Below are positions 43,272-52,956 of a stretch of 64,000 nt of DNA, piece after piece; the stretch's first letter is position 1, and every line of letters starts with the position of its first letter. The translations under genes and the position numbers were made by a program. The notes below the pieces were generated by a model. That model ran no database searches, was not told where the DNA came from, and worked only from the letters and a program-made list of their open reading frames with translations. Origin of the DNA: an uncultured Candidatus Saccharibacteria bacterium (lineage in GTDB: Bacteria; Patescibacteriota; Saccharimonadia; Saccharimonadales; UBA10212); assembly GCA_964514575.1 (NCBI GenBank), contig CAZETJ010000002.1, forward strand, positions 1,391 to 65,390, in the 5' to 3' direction.

Positions 43272-43831
43272 TCTTGGTCCGAATACCACTTGGCAAAATC
43301 GTGCCAGACTTTTGAGGCGTTGTGGTCAGCCCCGAGATCCTGCTTTTCGTAAACTTCGGCAATACTTTTGCCCTCGTCTCCATCTAGCGAGACTACGGTG
43401 TGGTTGGCGTATTTGGATTCACCGCGTGCCTCTTTCAGAATTTTGCCAGAGAGGTTGGCTTGAAAAATCTTCTGTTCAACGTCGTTGTTATAAACCAGTC
43501 TCATGGTCAGCGTCACGCGTCTGTCTTTTAGCGACAGAGTAAGGTTCAGGAAATCCTGCGGAGTAAGCCATTTGTTAATGGAGTGCATATAAACTCCGGG
43601 AAACCCGCGCAGGCCAGAAAATGCCCACGAGTCGTCGGTTATCACGAGCGGTTCTTTTAGTGCCACATACATTTTGTCGGCTTTATCAATTGCGACCTTT
43701 TCCGCGTCCTCGCCCTGGACTTCTTCTATATCAGCGTTTTTTCTGACCAATTGGATGCCATGGCTCCGGCAAACCACATCCGCCATCATAAACTTCATCT
43801 CATTGCTGGTGGCAAAAACCAAACTCTTCAT
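43268..43831 (-). CDS. Ham1/RdgB-like non-canonical NTP pyrophosphatase
   Basis: VFATSNEMKF ... ITDDSWAFSGLRGFPGVY. ATGA overlap with the downstream gene. Confidence 0.7.
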   Translation of the reverse strand: MKSLVFATSNEMKFMMADVVCRSHGIQLVRKNADIEEVQGEDAEKVAIDKADKMYVALKEPLVITDDSWAFSGLRGFPGVYMHSINKWLTPQDFLNLTLSLKDRRVTLTMRLVYNNDVEQKIFQANLSGKILKEARGESKYANHTVVSLDGDEGKSIAEVYEKQDLGADHNASKVWHDFAKWYSDQE

Positions 43832-43848
43832 TACTGATAAGATTATAA

Positions 43849-44733
43849 GTGATGGAAGTAGAATTGGCACCGGGCAAATACGTCTTGGCTGTTTCTGGCG
43901 GCGTAGACTCCATGGTGTTGCTGGACCTTCTGGCGAGGAAGCCAAGAGTTGAAATTGTTGTAGCTCATTTTGACCATGGCATTCGGCCGGACTCTGGCAA
44001 GGATACGCTTTTTGTCGAGAAGGCGGCTAAAGATTATAATTTTCCATTCGAGACGGGAGAGGGAAGACTGGGCAGCGAGGCTAGCGAAGCCCAAGCCAGA
44101 GCAGCCCGCTATAAATTCCTGGAATCCGTGAGACGCAAGCATAAGGCTCAAGCAATCATTACCGCTCATCATCAAGACGACCTTTTAGAAACCGCTCTAA
44201 TTAATATTCTTCGGGGCACTGGGCCGAGAGGTCTGGTTGCCATTCAAAACAATAGCCAGATCATAAGGCCGCTGCTGGGATTCACAAAGGCAGAGATTTC
44301 TATGTATGCCAAAAAACAGCATCTAAAATGGCGCGAAGATAGCACCAACGCGGAAGATAATTATCTACGCAACTATCTACGGCACAAAATTATCCCCAAA
44401 ATTGACGAAAAGCAACGCGAGCAAATTCTGGGCAACATCGACAAAGTGGCAAAAGTCGGCATAGACCAAGATAGAATATTTGCGATCTTGTCTCGGCAAC
44501 TCCTAAAAAACCAACAGATCAATCGGCTAGGCTACATTTCTCTGCCCGGCGTTGTCGGCAAGGAGACGCTTGTCCAGTTGTTAAGGCAGCTGGACATCGG
44601 CGACTTTGATAGAAAAACTATTGAACGTTTAGACATGGCATTAAGGACCGCAAAAGCTGGCACGGTAGTCAACGTCGTGGGATCCACCAATTTAAACATC
44701 GGTAAAGATGTTGCCTCTTTTAGCCTCGCCTGA
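43849..44733 (+). CDS. tilS: tRNA(Ile)-lysidine synthase TilS
   Basis: VLAVSGGVDSMVLLDLL PP-loop. Confidence 0.9.
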   Translation: MMEVELAPGKYVLAVSGGVDSMVLLDLLARKPRVEIVVAHFDHGIRPDSGKDTLFVEKAAKDYNFPFETGEGRLGSEASEAQARAARYKFLESVRRKHKAQAIITAHHQDDLLETALINILRGTGPRGLVAIQNNSQIIRPLLGFTKAEISMYAKKQHLKWREDSTNAEDNYLRNYLRHKIIPKIDEKQREQILGNIDKVAKVGIDQDRIFAILSRQLLKNQQINRLGYISLPGVVGKETLVQLLRQLDIGDFDRKTIERLDMALRTAKAGTVVNVVGSTNLNIGKDVASFSLA

Positions 44734-44742
44734 CTAGCGGAC

Positions 44743-44751
44743 TGATATAAT
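44743..44751 (+). promoter_or_regulatory. Extended -10 TGATATAAT, 8 nt before the ftsH ATG (leaderless-type)
   Basis: TGATATAAT-atcctcgt-ATG with no SD. Confidence 0.5.
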
Positions 44752-44759
44752 ATCCTCGT

Positions 44760-46628
44760 ATGGATAGAAAACAGTTTAAGCTGGGAGGTCCTAGCGGTGG
44801 TAGGCGAGGCGTTTTCAAAAACGCTGGCTTTATAGCGCTTTTGATACTTATTGGACTGGTTATCTATTCTGCGATGGGGCAGCCAACCAAACTACAATCG
44901 ATACCTTTTTCACAAGCCATCCAACAAGCTAATAGCGGCCAGATAAAACAAATCGTCATCAATGGCGATGAACTTGATATTACTCCAGCGGGCCAGAACC
45001 AAGCTACCGAGAAATCATTTAAAGAGCCCGGTTCTAGTATTTACGAGCAAGGCTTGCAGCAGGGCAAGGTTCAGCTAGTAAATAAGCCTCAATCTAATAG
45101 CGGCAACAGTGTTTGGGGCCAGCTACTCATCGGCATTTTGCCGGTGATACTGATCGCCTTTATTTTGATCATAATGTTTCGTAGTGCGCAGGGGCAGGGC
45201 AACCAAGCGCTCAGCTTCGGCAAAAGCAAGGCCCGCCTCTATGGCAACGAAAAGGATCGTATTACATTCTCCGATGTAGCTGGTAACGACGAATCCAAGC
45301 AAGATCTGCAGGAAGTCGTAGAGTTTTTGAAGTATCCCAAAAAGTTCGAAGGAGTCGGCGCTAAAATTCCTAAGGGCGTACTCTTGGTTGGTCCTCCGGG
45401 TACTGGTAAAACCATGCTCGCTCGAGCGGTAGCCGGCGAAGCTAATGCGCCGTTCTTCTCTATCTCTGGTTCGGAATTCGTCGAGATGTTCGTTGGTGTA
45501 GGAGCTAGCCGGGTAAGAGATCTTTTTAACAAGGCCAAGAAAAACGCGCCATGCATCATTTTTATAGACGAAATTGATGCTGTCGGTCGCCGCCGCGGCT
45601 CTGGTATGGGCGGCGGGCACGATGAGCGCGAGCAGACCCTCAACCAAATCCTGGTAGAAATGGACGGCTTTGAACAGGGCCAGAACGTGATTGTACTAGC
45701 CGCTACCAACCGTTCCGATGTGTTGGACCCGGCGCTGCTTCGCCCCGGACGTTTTGACCGCCGCGTCAATATTGACCTACCGGATCGGCGCGATCGCAAA
45801 CTTATACTAGAGACCCACTTTAAAGACAAGCCAGTTGGCAAGGATGTTGACCTGGACAGCTTAGCCGCAAAAACGGCCGGTTCGTCTGGCGCCGACTTGG
45901 CTAACATCGCCAACGAGGCGGCAATTCTAGCGGCTCGCCACAATCGCAAAGTTATCGAGAACGAAGATGTCGTAGCGGCTTTTGAAAAAGTAGCTATCGG
46001 ACCGGAGCGCAAGAGTAAGGTCATGAGCGAGAAGGAAAAAGAGCTGACGGCCTACCACGAAGCTGGGCACGCCGTTGTCGGGCATGTATTGCCGGATAGC
46101 GATATGGTTCATAAAGTTACTATCATCCCGCGCGGCCCGACCGGCGGCGTTACTTGGTTTATTCCGCCCGAAGATAAAAGTTACCACAGCATCGTTGAAT
46201 TCAAGGATGTACTGGCTCGCATGCTTGGCGGCCGGGTGGCCGAAGAGCTGATCTATGGTGCCGACCACGTTACTACCGGTGCCGGCAGCGATCTGCAAAA
46301 AGCCGCCGAGCTGGCTCGCGATATGGTCATGAACCAAGGCATGGGCAAAAAACTGCGAGACCAAGTCTTCCAGGTGGACGAAGGTATGATGATAGAAAGG
46401 CTAGTCCACGAACGTACCTATTCCGACGAAACCGCCAAGGTGATTGACGATGAAGTCGAGGCTTTGATCACCGAGGCTGGCTCTCGTGCTCGCATCGTGC
46501 TCAAAGCCAATATGGACAAACTCGAAGATCTCAAAAAAGCTTTACTCGAGAAAGAAACTGTTGAAGCGGACAATGTTCTAAAAATCCTGAAGGGCTCGCA
46601 CATGCCCAAAGCCGCAGCCCTTTATTAG
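44760..46628 (+). CDS. ftsH: ATP-dependent zinc metalloprotease FtsH
   Basis: GPPGTGKT, the AAA second region of homology and the HEAGH zinc site. Confidence 0.97.
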   Translation: MDRKQFKLGGPSGGRRGVFKNAGFIALLILIGLVIYSAMGQPTKLQSIPFSQAIQQANSGQIKQIVINGDELDITPAGQNQATEKSFKEPGSSIYEQGLQQGKVQLVNKPQSNSGNSVWGQLLIGILPVILIAFILIIMFRSAQGQGNQALSFGKSKARLYGNEKDRITFSDVAGNDESKQDLQEVVEFLKYPKKFEGVGAKIPKGVLLVGPPGTGKTMLARAVAGEANAPFFSISGSEFVEMFVGVGASRVRDLFNKAKKNAPCIIFIDEIDAVGRRRGSGMGGGHDEREQTLNQILVEMDGFEQGQNVIVLAATNRSDVLDPALLRPGRFDRRVNIDLPDRRDRKLILETHFKDKPVGKDVDLDSLAAKTAGSSGADLANIANEAAILAARHNRKVIENEDVVAAFEKVAIGPERKSKVMSEKEKELTAYHEAGHAVVGHVLPDSDMVHKVTIIPRGPTGGVTWFIPPEDKSYHSIVEFKDVLARMLGGRVAEELIYGADHVTTGAGSDLQKAAELARDMVMNQGMGKKLRDQVFQVDEGMMIERLVHERTYSDETAKVIDDEVEALITEAGSRARIVLKANMDKLEDLKKALLEKETVEADNVLKILKGSHMPKAAALY

Positions 46629-47041
46629 TTGAAGTAGACCTTACCAGTTTTATAGCTTTCCAGCGAAAGCTTGCAGGCTTCAAACATTTTAGGAGGCAGC
46701 TTATCTAAGCTGTACCAATCCCACGAACCGGCTTTTTCCGGTTCAAGGACCTTGGGCTCGCCGCTAGCCCAGTCGGCTATCATTCCTATGTGAGCGTAGT
46801 GCTTACCCGGGTAGTGTGTCAGATTAGTTACATATAAAAAACGAATATTCTTAATTCTTATGCCGCATTCTTCACTGGTTTCTCTACGGCAACATTCTTC
46901 AAACGACTCCCCAAACTCAAGATGCCCTCCAGGGAAAGCGTACTCGCCGGCGCCATGAGCTCCTTTGCGTTCAGAAAGAAGAACTCGACCGTTCTTCATA
47001 ATCATCACCCCGACTCCAACCTTTGGCATATTTACCATCAA
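46625..47041 (-). CDS. NUDIX hydrolase
   Basis: GGHLEFGESFEECCRRETSEECGI Nudix box. Confidence 0.85.
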   Translation of the reverse strand: MMVNMPKVGVGVMIMKNGRVLLSERKGAHGAGEYAFPGGHLEFGESFEECCRRETSEECGIRIKNIRFLYVTNLTHYPGKHYAHIGMIADWASGEPKVLEPEKAGSWDWYSLDKLPPKMFEACKLSLESYKTGKVYFN

Positions 47042-47075
47042 TATAATAATAACGCTAAAATGTTAAACTGTTGGT

Positions 47076-48122
47076 ATGGCAGTTGAGAGGATTATAAACA
47101 CTACGGCTAGTCCGCTGGACAGCGGAGATCCGGTCGAGGAAGAGCTGCAAGAAACCCTGCGGCCCAGGGACTTTATAAATTATGTGGGCCAGGAGCGATT
47201 AAAGAAAAATTTAAAACTATCAATCAGTGCCGCCAAAAAACGCGGCGAACCGATTGACCACGTCTTACTTTATGGCCCGCCAGGTTTGGGAAAAACCACT
47301 CTGGCTGGCGTCATCGCCAATGAAATGGGCGCTCAAATTCGGGTAACTTCCGGTCCCGCGATTGAGCGGGCAGGGGACTTGGCTAGCCTGCTGACCAACC
47401 TCTCCGACGGCGATATCTTATTCATCGACGAGATCCATCGCCTGCACCGAATTATCGAAGAGGTCCTTTATTCGGCTATGGAAGACTTTAAGTTAGATAT
47501 CATGCTAGGCAAAGGCCCGAGCGCCAAAAGTCTGCGCCTGGATTTACCGCGTTTCACTATTATCGGTGCCACTACCCGAACTGGCGAATTGGCTGCCCCG
47601 CTGCGCGATCGTTTTGGTATGATCCATCGCTTGGAGTTTTACACGCCCGAGGAAATTGCCCGGATTATAAAACGCTCCGCCAGAATCTTGGATGTAAAAA
47701 TTGACGACAAGGCAGCTAAGCTGCTGGCCGGTCGAGCTCGGCTGACGCCCCGCATTGCTAACCGGCTACTGCGCCGGGTACGTGACTACGCTGACATTAA
47801 TGCTGACGGCATCATCGACGAACCGCTGGCTACTAAAGCTTTGGAGCTGCTCGAAATTGACGATCTCGGCCTCGACCCGGCCGATCGCCAACTGCTAGGC
47901 GCAATCATGGATTTTCACGCCGGCGGCCCGGTCGGCCTGCAAACCCTGGCTGCTTTAACCTCCGAAGAGCAGACCACTATCGAAGATTTCCACGAGCCAT
48001 ATTTAATGCAAATCGGCCTATTGGAGCGTACTCCCCGCGGCCGTAAAGTTACGCCCAAAGCCTGGCAACACCTTGGCAAGAAACCTAAAGCTGGCACTAA
48101 GAACCAGCCTACGCTACTGTAG
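47076..48122 (+). CDS. ruvB: Holliday junction helicase RuvB
   Basis: [19 protein letters not shown] and TTR sensor motifs. Confidence 0.97.
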   Translation: MAVERIINTTASPLDSGDPVEEELQETLRPRDFINYVGQERLKKNLKLSISAAKKRGEPIDHVLLYGPPGLGKTTLAGVIANEMGAQIRVTSGPAIERAGDLASLLTNLSDGDILFIDEIHRLHRIIEEVLYSAMEDFKLDIMLGKGPSAKSLRLDLPRFTIIGATTRTGELAAPLRDRFGMIHRLEFYTPEEIARIIKRSARILDVKIDDKAAKLLAGRARLTPRIANRLLRRVRDYADINADGIIDEPLATKALELLEIDDLGLDPADRQLLGAIMDFHAGGPVGLQTLAALTSEEQTTIEDFHEPYLMQIGLLERTPRGRKVTPKAWQHLGKKPKAGTKNQPTLL

Positions 48123-48130
48123 GAGTTAAC

Positions 48131-48775
48131 ATGCCAGAAGACCAAAAAGAAAAATTCGAAATTGGAGCTATAGCTGTGACTAATGCCGGAGACACGGGCA
48201 AAAAAACGATCCTAAACAAAATTGGCGGCTTCGCTATTACCAAGGTCGACCAAAAAGTTTTGGAACCTGGCGAGACTTTGGTGACGGTGGTTCGTCGCCA
48301 CCCGATCGGCATTATTGGCATCTACGTCGAGATGCTGACTGGTATTTTGCTAGTCATCGGACTCGTCATTCTGGCGATGGTCGGATTTTTCTTTAGCATT
48401 TCTTCTCAGACAAAGGGACTAGTAGCAGCTATGGGGCTATTCGTGGTCGGGTTCTTGATCGCGATCTTACTTATTTCTACATATGTATACAGGCAATGCC
48501 GACTGGTAGTGACAGATAAAAGCGTCGTCCAAATTTTGCAAAGAGCGCTATTCAATCGCAAAATCTCCCGCCTTAGTATGAGTAACGTCGAAGACGTCAA
48601 TGTCGAGCAACAAGGTGTTTTGCCAAGTATGTTTAATTACGGTACGTTGGTAATTCAAACTGCCGGTGAAGTCGACAATTTTGTTTTTAAGTTTTGCCCA
48701 ACACCCGACCAGTACGCGAACCGGATTTTGGAGGCTCGCCAAAGCTACGTCCGAAATTATTCCGAAGACCACTAA
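48131..48775 (+). CDS. Bacterial PH-domain (YdbS/YdbT-like) membrane protein
   Basis: Two TM segments followed by a PH-like domain (LVVTDKSVVQILQRALFNRKISRLSM). Confidence 0.65.
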   Translation: MPEDQKEKFEIGAIAVTNAGDTGKKTILNKIGGFAITKVDQKVLEPGETLVTVVRRHPIGIIGIYVEMLTGILLVIGLVILAMVGFFFSISSQTKGLVAAMGLFVVGFLIAILLISTYVYRQCRLVVTDKSVVQILQRALFNRKISRLSMSNVEDVNVEQQGVLPSMFNYGTLVIQTAGEVDNFVFKFCPTPDQYANRILEARQSYVRNYSEDH

Positions 48776-48777
48776 AA

Positions 48778-49275
48778 CTAGTCCAAAGATTGCTTGGTGT
48801 AGATTCCGCCCGATTCCAAATTGGCGCTAAGAGTGTAGCTGGTGCAAGCAACATCCAGGTCGTCGCATTCGGCCGGGCTGACGGCGTAGCCGTAACAGCC
48901 TTTGTCTGGAGCGGTTGTCGCTTCTAGCTGCGGTTGGCCGTTAACATTACAGAATTTATTCCTGCTGGCCCATGAAGGGTCTTTCAGGATCTGAGAATCA
49001 AAATTTTTGAAGTTAACGCTTATAAATTTTGGATCATTTAGCTGTCCGGCGGTTGGGTATTTATCATTCTCGGCTTGATAGGTATTAATTTGTTCTTGCA
49101 GGCTCAAAAGGTCATTTTTCCTCTGGCTGTCTCGAGATTTCTGAGCCACGGCACTATAGTTAACCGCGACTAGCACACTCAAGACACAAATGATCACTAG
49201 CAGGATCAAAAGCTCAAGGTTAGAAAAGCCGCCGCTACTACGGCGCCCAGGCCGTTTCAAGTTAAGTTTGAACAT
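48778..49275 (-). CDS. Type IV pilin / pseudopilin
   Basis: Prepilin motif GG|FSNLELLILLVIICVLSVL with Glu at +5. Confidence 0.8.
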   Translation of the reverse strand: MFKLNLKRPGRRSSGGFSNLELLILLVIICVLSVLVAVNYSAVAQKSRDSQRKNDLLSLQEQINTYQAENDKYPTAGQLNDPKFISVNFKNFDSQILKDPSWASRNKFCNVNGQPQLEATTAPDKGCYGYAVSPAECDDLDVACTSYTLSANLESGGIYTKQSLD

Positions 49276-49409
49276 AGTGCACTATTTAATATAGGGTCAA
49301 AGCCGCGGGTCCGCAAGGAAACAGTTTAAAAACACCAAGGTTACAACATTATTTTTGGAGCGCAAGCTAAGTTGATATACTGAGGTTAATATCGTTAAGG
49401 AGGCAAAAA

Positions 49410-50426
49410 GTGGCAGACAAAACTAAAGACGCAGCCGCTCGGTCGAGCGGTAAAGTCCAAGCTCTTAAGCTGGCAGTTGATCAGATTGAAAAGCAGTTTG
49501 GCAAAGGTTCGATCATGCGGCTTGGTGAAGCTCATGCCGCTGACGTCGAAACAATTTCAACCGGCAGCCTTAGTCTCGACTTGGCTCTAGGCGGAGGAAT
49601 TCCTCGCGGCCGGGTTGTTGAAATCTACGGCCCAGAGAGCTCTGGCAAAACAACGGTTTGTTTGCACGCCGTGGCGGAGGTTCAGAAAAATGGCGGCACT
49701 GCGGCCTTTATTGACGCCGAGCATGCCCTAGATCCGGCTTACGCCAAGCGCCTGGGCGTTAATACTGATAGTCTGCTAATCTCTCAGCCAGATAGCGGCG
49801 AACAAGCTTTGGAAATTTTGGAAACCCTTGTACGCTCCAACGCCGTTGACATTGTCGTGATTGACTCGGTTGCTGCTCTAGTTCCCCAGGCCGAAATCGA
49901 GGGCGACATGGGCGATGCCCACATGGGCCTGCAAGCTCGGCTGATGAGCCAAGCTTTACGTAAACTAACCGGCATAATTTCCCGCACCAAGTGCACGGTA
50001 ATTTTTGTTAACCAGCTGCGTATGAAGATCGGTATCATGTTCGGTAACCCAGAGACCACGACTGGCGGCAACGCTCTAAAGTTCTATGCTTCAGTGCGTA
50101 TGGATATTCGCCGTCTCAGCCAGATCAAACAGGGCGATCAGGCCATTGGCAACCACTGCCGGGTCAAAGTCGTTAAGAACAAAATCGCGCCGCCTTTCCG
50201 CGAGGCCGAATTCGACATCATGTACAACGAGGGTATTAGCAAATCTGGCGATGTAATTGACTTGGCTGTGGCTAAGGGCGTGGTCGACAAGACCGGCGCT
50301 TGGTACGAATATAGCGGCGAAAAAATCGGCCAGGGCCGTGAAGCTACCAAGAAATTCCTAAAAGAAAATCCCAAAATTTTGGATAAAATCTCCAAAGAAA
50401 CTATAGTCGCCGCCAACAAGGAGTAG
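49410..50426 (+). CDS. recA: Recombinase RecA
   Basis: GTG start with an [18 protein letters not shown] and the loop L1/L2 regions. Confidence 0.98.
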   Translation: MADKTKDAAARSSGKVQALKLAVDQIEKQFGKGSIMRLGEAHAADVETISTGSLSLDLALGGGIPRGRVVEIYGPESSGKTTVCLHAVAEVQKNGGTAAFIDAEHALDPAYAKRLGVNTDSLLISQPDSGEQALEILETLVRSNAVDIVVIDSVAALVPQAEIEGDMGDAHMGLQARLMSQALRKLTGIISRTKCTVIFVNQLRMKIGIMFGNPETTTGGNALKFYASVRMDIRRLSQIKQGDQAIGNHCRVKVVKNKIAPPFREAEFDIMYNEGISKSGDVIDLAVAKGVVDKTGAWYEYSGEKIGQGREATKKFLKENPKILDKISKETIVAANKE

Positions 50427-50429
50427 ATA

Positions 50430-50885
50430 GTGACCGCAACAAACCATGCCATAACCGGCGCAGTGATCGCTGTTACTTTTAGTTCGCCGTGGTTGGCGCT
50501 GCCGGCGGCTTTGCTGTCACATTTTGTACTAGACGCTGTTCCGCATTGGGACTATCAACTGAAGCTTGCCGCGAAGCGAGCCGTAATGGCGGGTGATCTT
50601 TTACTAGCGGCCATAATTATTTTGGCGGTCGCTTTCTTTGCCGGTACGTTCAACGCGCCGGTTTGGGTGATTGTAGCCTGCGGCGCGCTGGCTGTGGTGC
50701 CCGATGCTATGTGGCTGCCGCATATCTTACGCGGCCGGCCAATTCCCATGGGTGACGACAGGCCGCTTTACTACGCTAGGCGATTTCACCGCTGGATTCA
50801 GTGGAGCGAGACAAAGCGATTGGGTATTTTAACTGAGTCTGTTTGGCTGGCGGCCATGGTTATAATTCTGTTTCAGTCGAAATGA
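50430..50885 (+). CDS. Membrane protein resembling YdjM/DUF457 metal-dependent hydrolases
   Basis: MTATNHAITGAVIA...LSHFVLDAVPHWDY and four TM segments. Confidence 0.5.
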   Translation: MTATNHAITGAVIAVTFSSPWLALPAALLSHFVLDAVPHWDYQLKLAAKRAVMAGDLLLAAIIILAVAFFAGTFNAPVWVIVACGALAVVPDAMWLPHILRGRPIPMGDDRPLYYARRFHRWIQWSETKRLGILTESVWLAAMVIILFQSK

Positions 50886-50886
50886 A

Positions 50887-50964
50887 TCCCGTTAGAGCTA
50901 AGTATTTTATCAAAGATAAAATCTGCCGCATATCTAGCCGGCAGTTATGCGGAGCTCTAACGGG
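50887..50964. mobile_element. MITE-like element, copy 2 (perfect 13-bp terminal inverted repeats, flanked by ATGAA/ATGAA)
   Basis: TCCCGTTAGAGCT ... AGCTCTAACGGG(A). Inner hairpin CTGCCG/CGGCAG. Confidence 0.6.
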
Positions 50965-51561
50965 ATGAAAATTACGGCCCTCAAGCAGCAGGTTAAAAAT
51001 CCGGGACGGGTTAGTATTTTTGTCAATGAGAAATACAGTTTTTCACTGACCATTAACCAGGTGGCTGACTACGGGGTCAAAAAAGATCTAGAAATATCCG
51101 AGGCCGAGCTTAAGAACTTCAAAAAAATGTCCGAAGACGGCAAGCTGGCAGCGCGGGCTCTCGAGTGGGTGCTCAACCGGCCGCATTCAGTCCGTGAGTT
51201 CAAGGATTACATGTACCGCAAAAAGGCCGAGCCGGAACTGGCCGGAAAGTTGATCGAGGAGTTCGGGGCAAAGGGTTACCTAAACGACGAAGCCTACGGC
51301 CGATGGTTGATCGAGCTAAGGGCTAGGACCGGCAAAAGTAACCGGGCGATGAGCGCCGAGCTTTTTGCCAAAGGATTGGATAGGGAAGTCATTGGTCAGA
51401 TTCTAGAAGAGCAGGAGGCCAGCGAGGCGGAACGACTACGGGTACTAGTAGCCAAGAAACGACCACTCTCCCGATATAAAAATGATGACCCAAAGCTTAT
51501 AAAATACTTAACTAGTCAAGGATTCTCTTACGACCTAGTTAAGCAAGAGTTAAATACTTAA
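50965..51561 (+). CDS. recX: RecA regulator RecX
   Basis: Three-repeat helical protein following recA. Start trimmed to MKITALKQQ. Confidence 0.8.
   Translation: MKITALKQQVKNPGRVSIFVNEKYSFSLTINQVADYGVKKDLEISEAELKNFKKMSEDGKLAARALEWVLNRPHSVREFKDYMYRKKAEPELAGKLIEEFGAKGYLNDEAYGRWLIELRARTGKSNRAMSAELFAKGLDREVIGQILEEQEASEAERLRVLVAKKRPLSRYKNDDPKLIKYLTSQGFSYDLVKQELNT
51502..51524. repeat. Motif family copy 5, AAATACTTAACTAGTCAAGGATT (inside recX)
   Basis: Read directly. Confidence 0.8.
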
Positions 51562-51576
51562 CTAGTTAAGTATTTA
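51551..51576. repeat. Perfect 26-bp palindrome TAAATACTTAACTAGTTAAGTATTTA (motif family copy 6)
   Basis: Read directly. Contains the recX stop codon. Lies between convergent genes. Confidence 0.9.
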
Positions 51577-51601
51577 CTAAAGGGAAAAGAGCAGCGATTT
51601 T

Positions 51602-52123
51602 TTACGTTGCCGGAGCCGCAGCGAATTCTGGCGCGTCGGCCGTCACTTCCGTGTCTCGTACCAGTATGTAGCTGTCCGTTACTTCCAGTATCTGCGTTCT
51701 GTCTATAATCAGAGTGCTTTGGGTGGCTAGAATTTTGGTTACCGGCCGGGCGACATAAAGTTTTTGAACAAACATGCCTTCGTTATAACTGTAGTCATTG
51801 ATCTTGCCGAGTTTACTGCGCTTGGTCCTGACGGTTTTGCCAAGTAAGTCAAATTTAATATCTAAAATTTCGCGATGGCGGACAAGGTCCGAGGGCGAAC
51901 TTAGTACGTCTTCATCGTTGACGGCTAGGCCTTCGCTGGAAGCTTGGCGGATATCTTCAATCAGCAGGATTTTTGGTTCCGGGTGGCCGGACTCTTTGCA
52001 CCACCAGCCTAAAATCTTAAGATTGTGCGGGTTAATCACCGGAGTTTTGGCAATGGCTATCGCCCCGCCCAAACGCAGGCTGACAACCGGCTGGTTCATC
52101 AATGTGGCGCTTAATCTAAGCAT
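51602..52123 (-). CDS. PRC-barrel domain protein (two repeats)
   Basis: The LMNQPVVSLRLGGAIAIAKTPVINPHNLKILGWW pattern is repeated. Confidence 0.5.
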   Translation of the reverse strand: MLRLSATLMNQPVVSLRLGGAIAIAKTPVINPHNLKILGWWCKESGHPEPKILLIEDIRQASSEGLAVNDEDVLSSPSDLVRHREILDIKFDLLGKTVRTKRSKLGKINDYSYNEGMFVQKLYVARPVTKILATQSTLIIDRTQILEVTDSYILVRDTEVTADAPEFAAAPAT

Positions 52124-52184
52124 AAGTACAGTTTATTACTTTTGATGGCAAAAGTAATGCAAAACCACCGGGCGGCTAGCTCGC

Positions 52185-52355
52185 TTGACGCAAGCTCAAA
52201 GTCAAAAATACGAACCGCCTGCGGAACTCGCTAGCGCTCAAACAGTCCTCGGCTTTATGGTTGATATTTTTGACGATCTTGCTCGGGCTCGTCAGATGCC
52301 CGGACTCATTAGTCAAGCATTGAGCTCGATTGAAAAGAAACCACGATTATGTTAA
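52185..52355 (+). repeat. Segment Y: paralog of 12800-12935, possibly a decayed gene end
   Basis: See the feature at 12800. Conceptual peptide ...MVDIFDDLARARQMPGLISQALSSIEKKPRLC. Confidence 0.35.
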
Positions 52356-52435
52356 AGTATTAATCTATTCACAAGGCTTTAAACAGTTTTGGAATCGTAC
52401 ATGGAGCTCAAAGCTCCCCGAACTAGGAAAGGTGG

Positions 52436-52930
52436 ATGTTTGCAATGGTCGACTATGACGCGTTGCAGAGAATCGTGCGCTTAACGCACGCCGACCCGCT
52501 GACACAGGCGATCGCCATGTTCATCCTCGGCGGAAAGACCGGCGATCGTCGAGATGCCGTGCTCGATGCAGCTATGACGGGGCTCACCTCAGACGACGTA
52601 CGCACCATGTTCGGCGACAGGGTCAGGATGGAGCTCCTGCTCAACAAGGATCTTGATCGCCTAGAGGACGACGACCCATGCCAATGGGCTCGCCTGATCA
52701 AGGCCGATGGGCGCGGAAACCCGCATGACAGCGCGTTCTACCAGCTGTCGCCGTTCAGGGGGAAGCGCATTGCCTTCTTCACCTACGGAGACCAGGTCGA
52801 CGTGCTTCTTCGTGGCTCGGTGTACAACGGGGACCTCCCTGGCACGGATTTCCTCCTGGTCATCGACGCGAACGCGCCCTTCAAGGACGCGGAGGTGCAC
52901 TCCCTGAGCCAGCTTTCCGCCGTCGAGTAG
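52436..52930 (+). CDS. Cytoplasmic protein, 164 aa, on high-GC island 4
   Basis: GGAAAGGTGG SD. No signal peptide. Strong G/C third positions. Family not recognised. Confidence 0.7.
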   Translation: MFAMVDYDALQRIVRLTHADPLTQAIAMFILGGKTGDRRDAVLDAAMTGLTSDDVRTMFGDRVRMELLLNKDLDRLEDDDPCQWARLIKADGRGNPHDSAFYQLSPFRGKRIAFFTYGDQVDVLLRGSVYNGDLPGTDFLLVIDANAPFKDAEVHSLSQLSAVE

Positions 52931-52956
52931 TACACGGATCCACTAGTTCGCACATT

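Noticed and set aside
45123-46364. 174-, 261- and 145-aa ORFs antisense to ftsH
   Set aside because: Same reasoning as for dnaK. They have no initiation signals and their composition is an artefact of the sense-strand codons.
49340-49409. AGCTAAGT shared upstream of recA and inside both MITE-like elements, as a possible damage-response box
   Set aside because: An 8-mer is expected about twice by chance in this window. It also occurs inside dnaJ. I saw no LexA-type palindrome.
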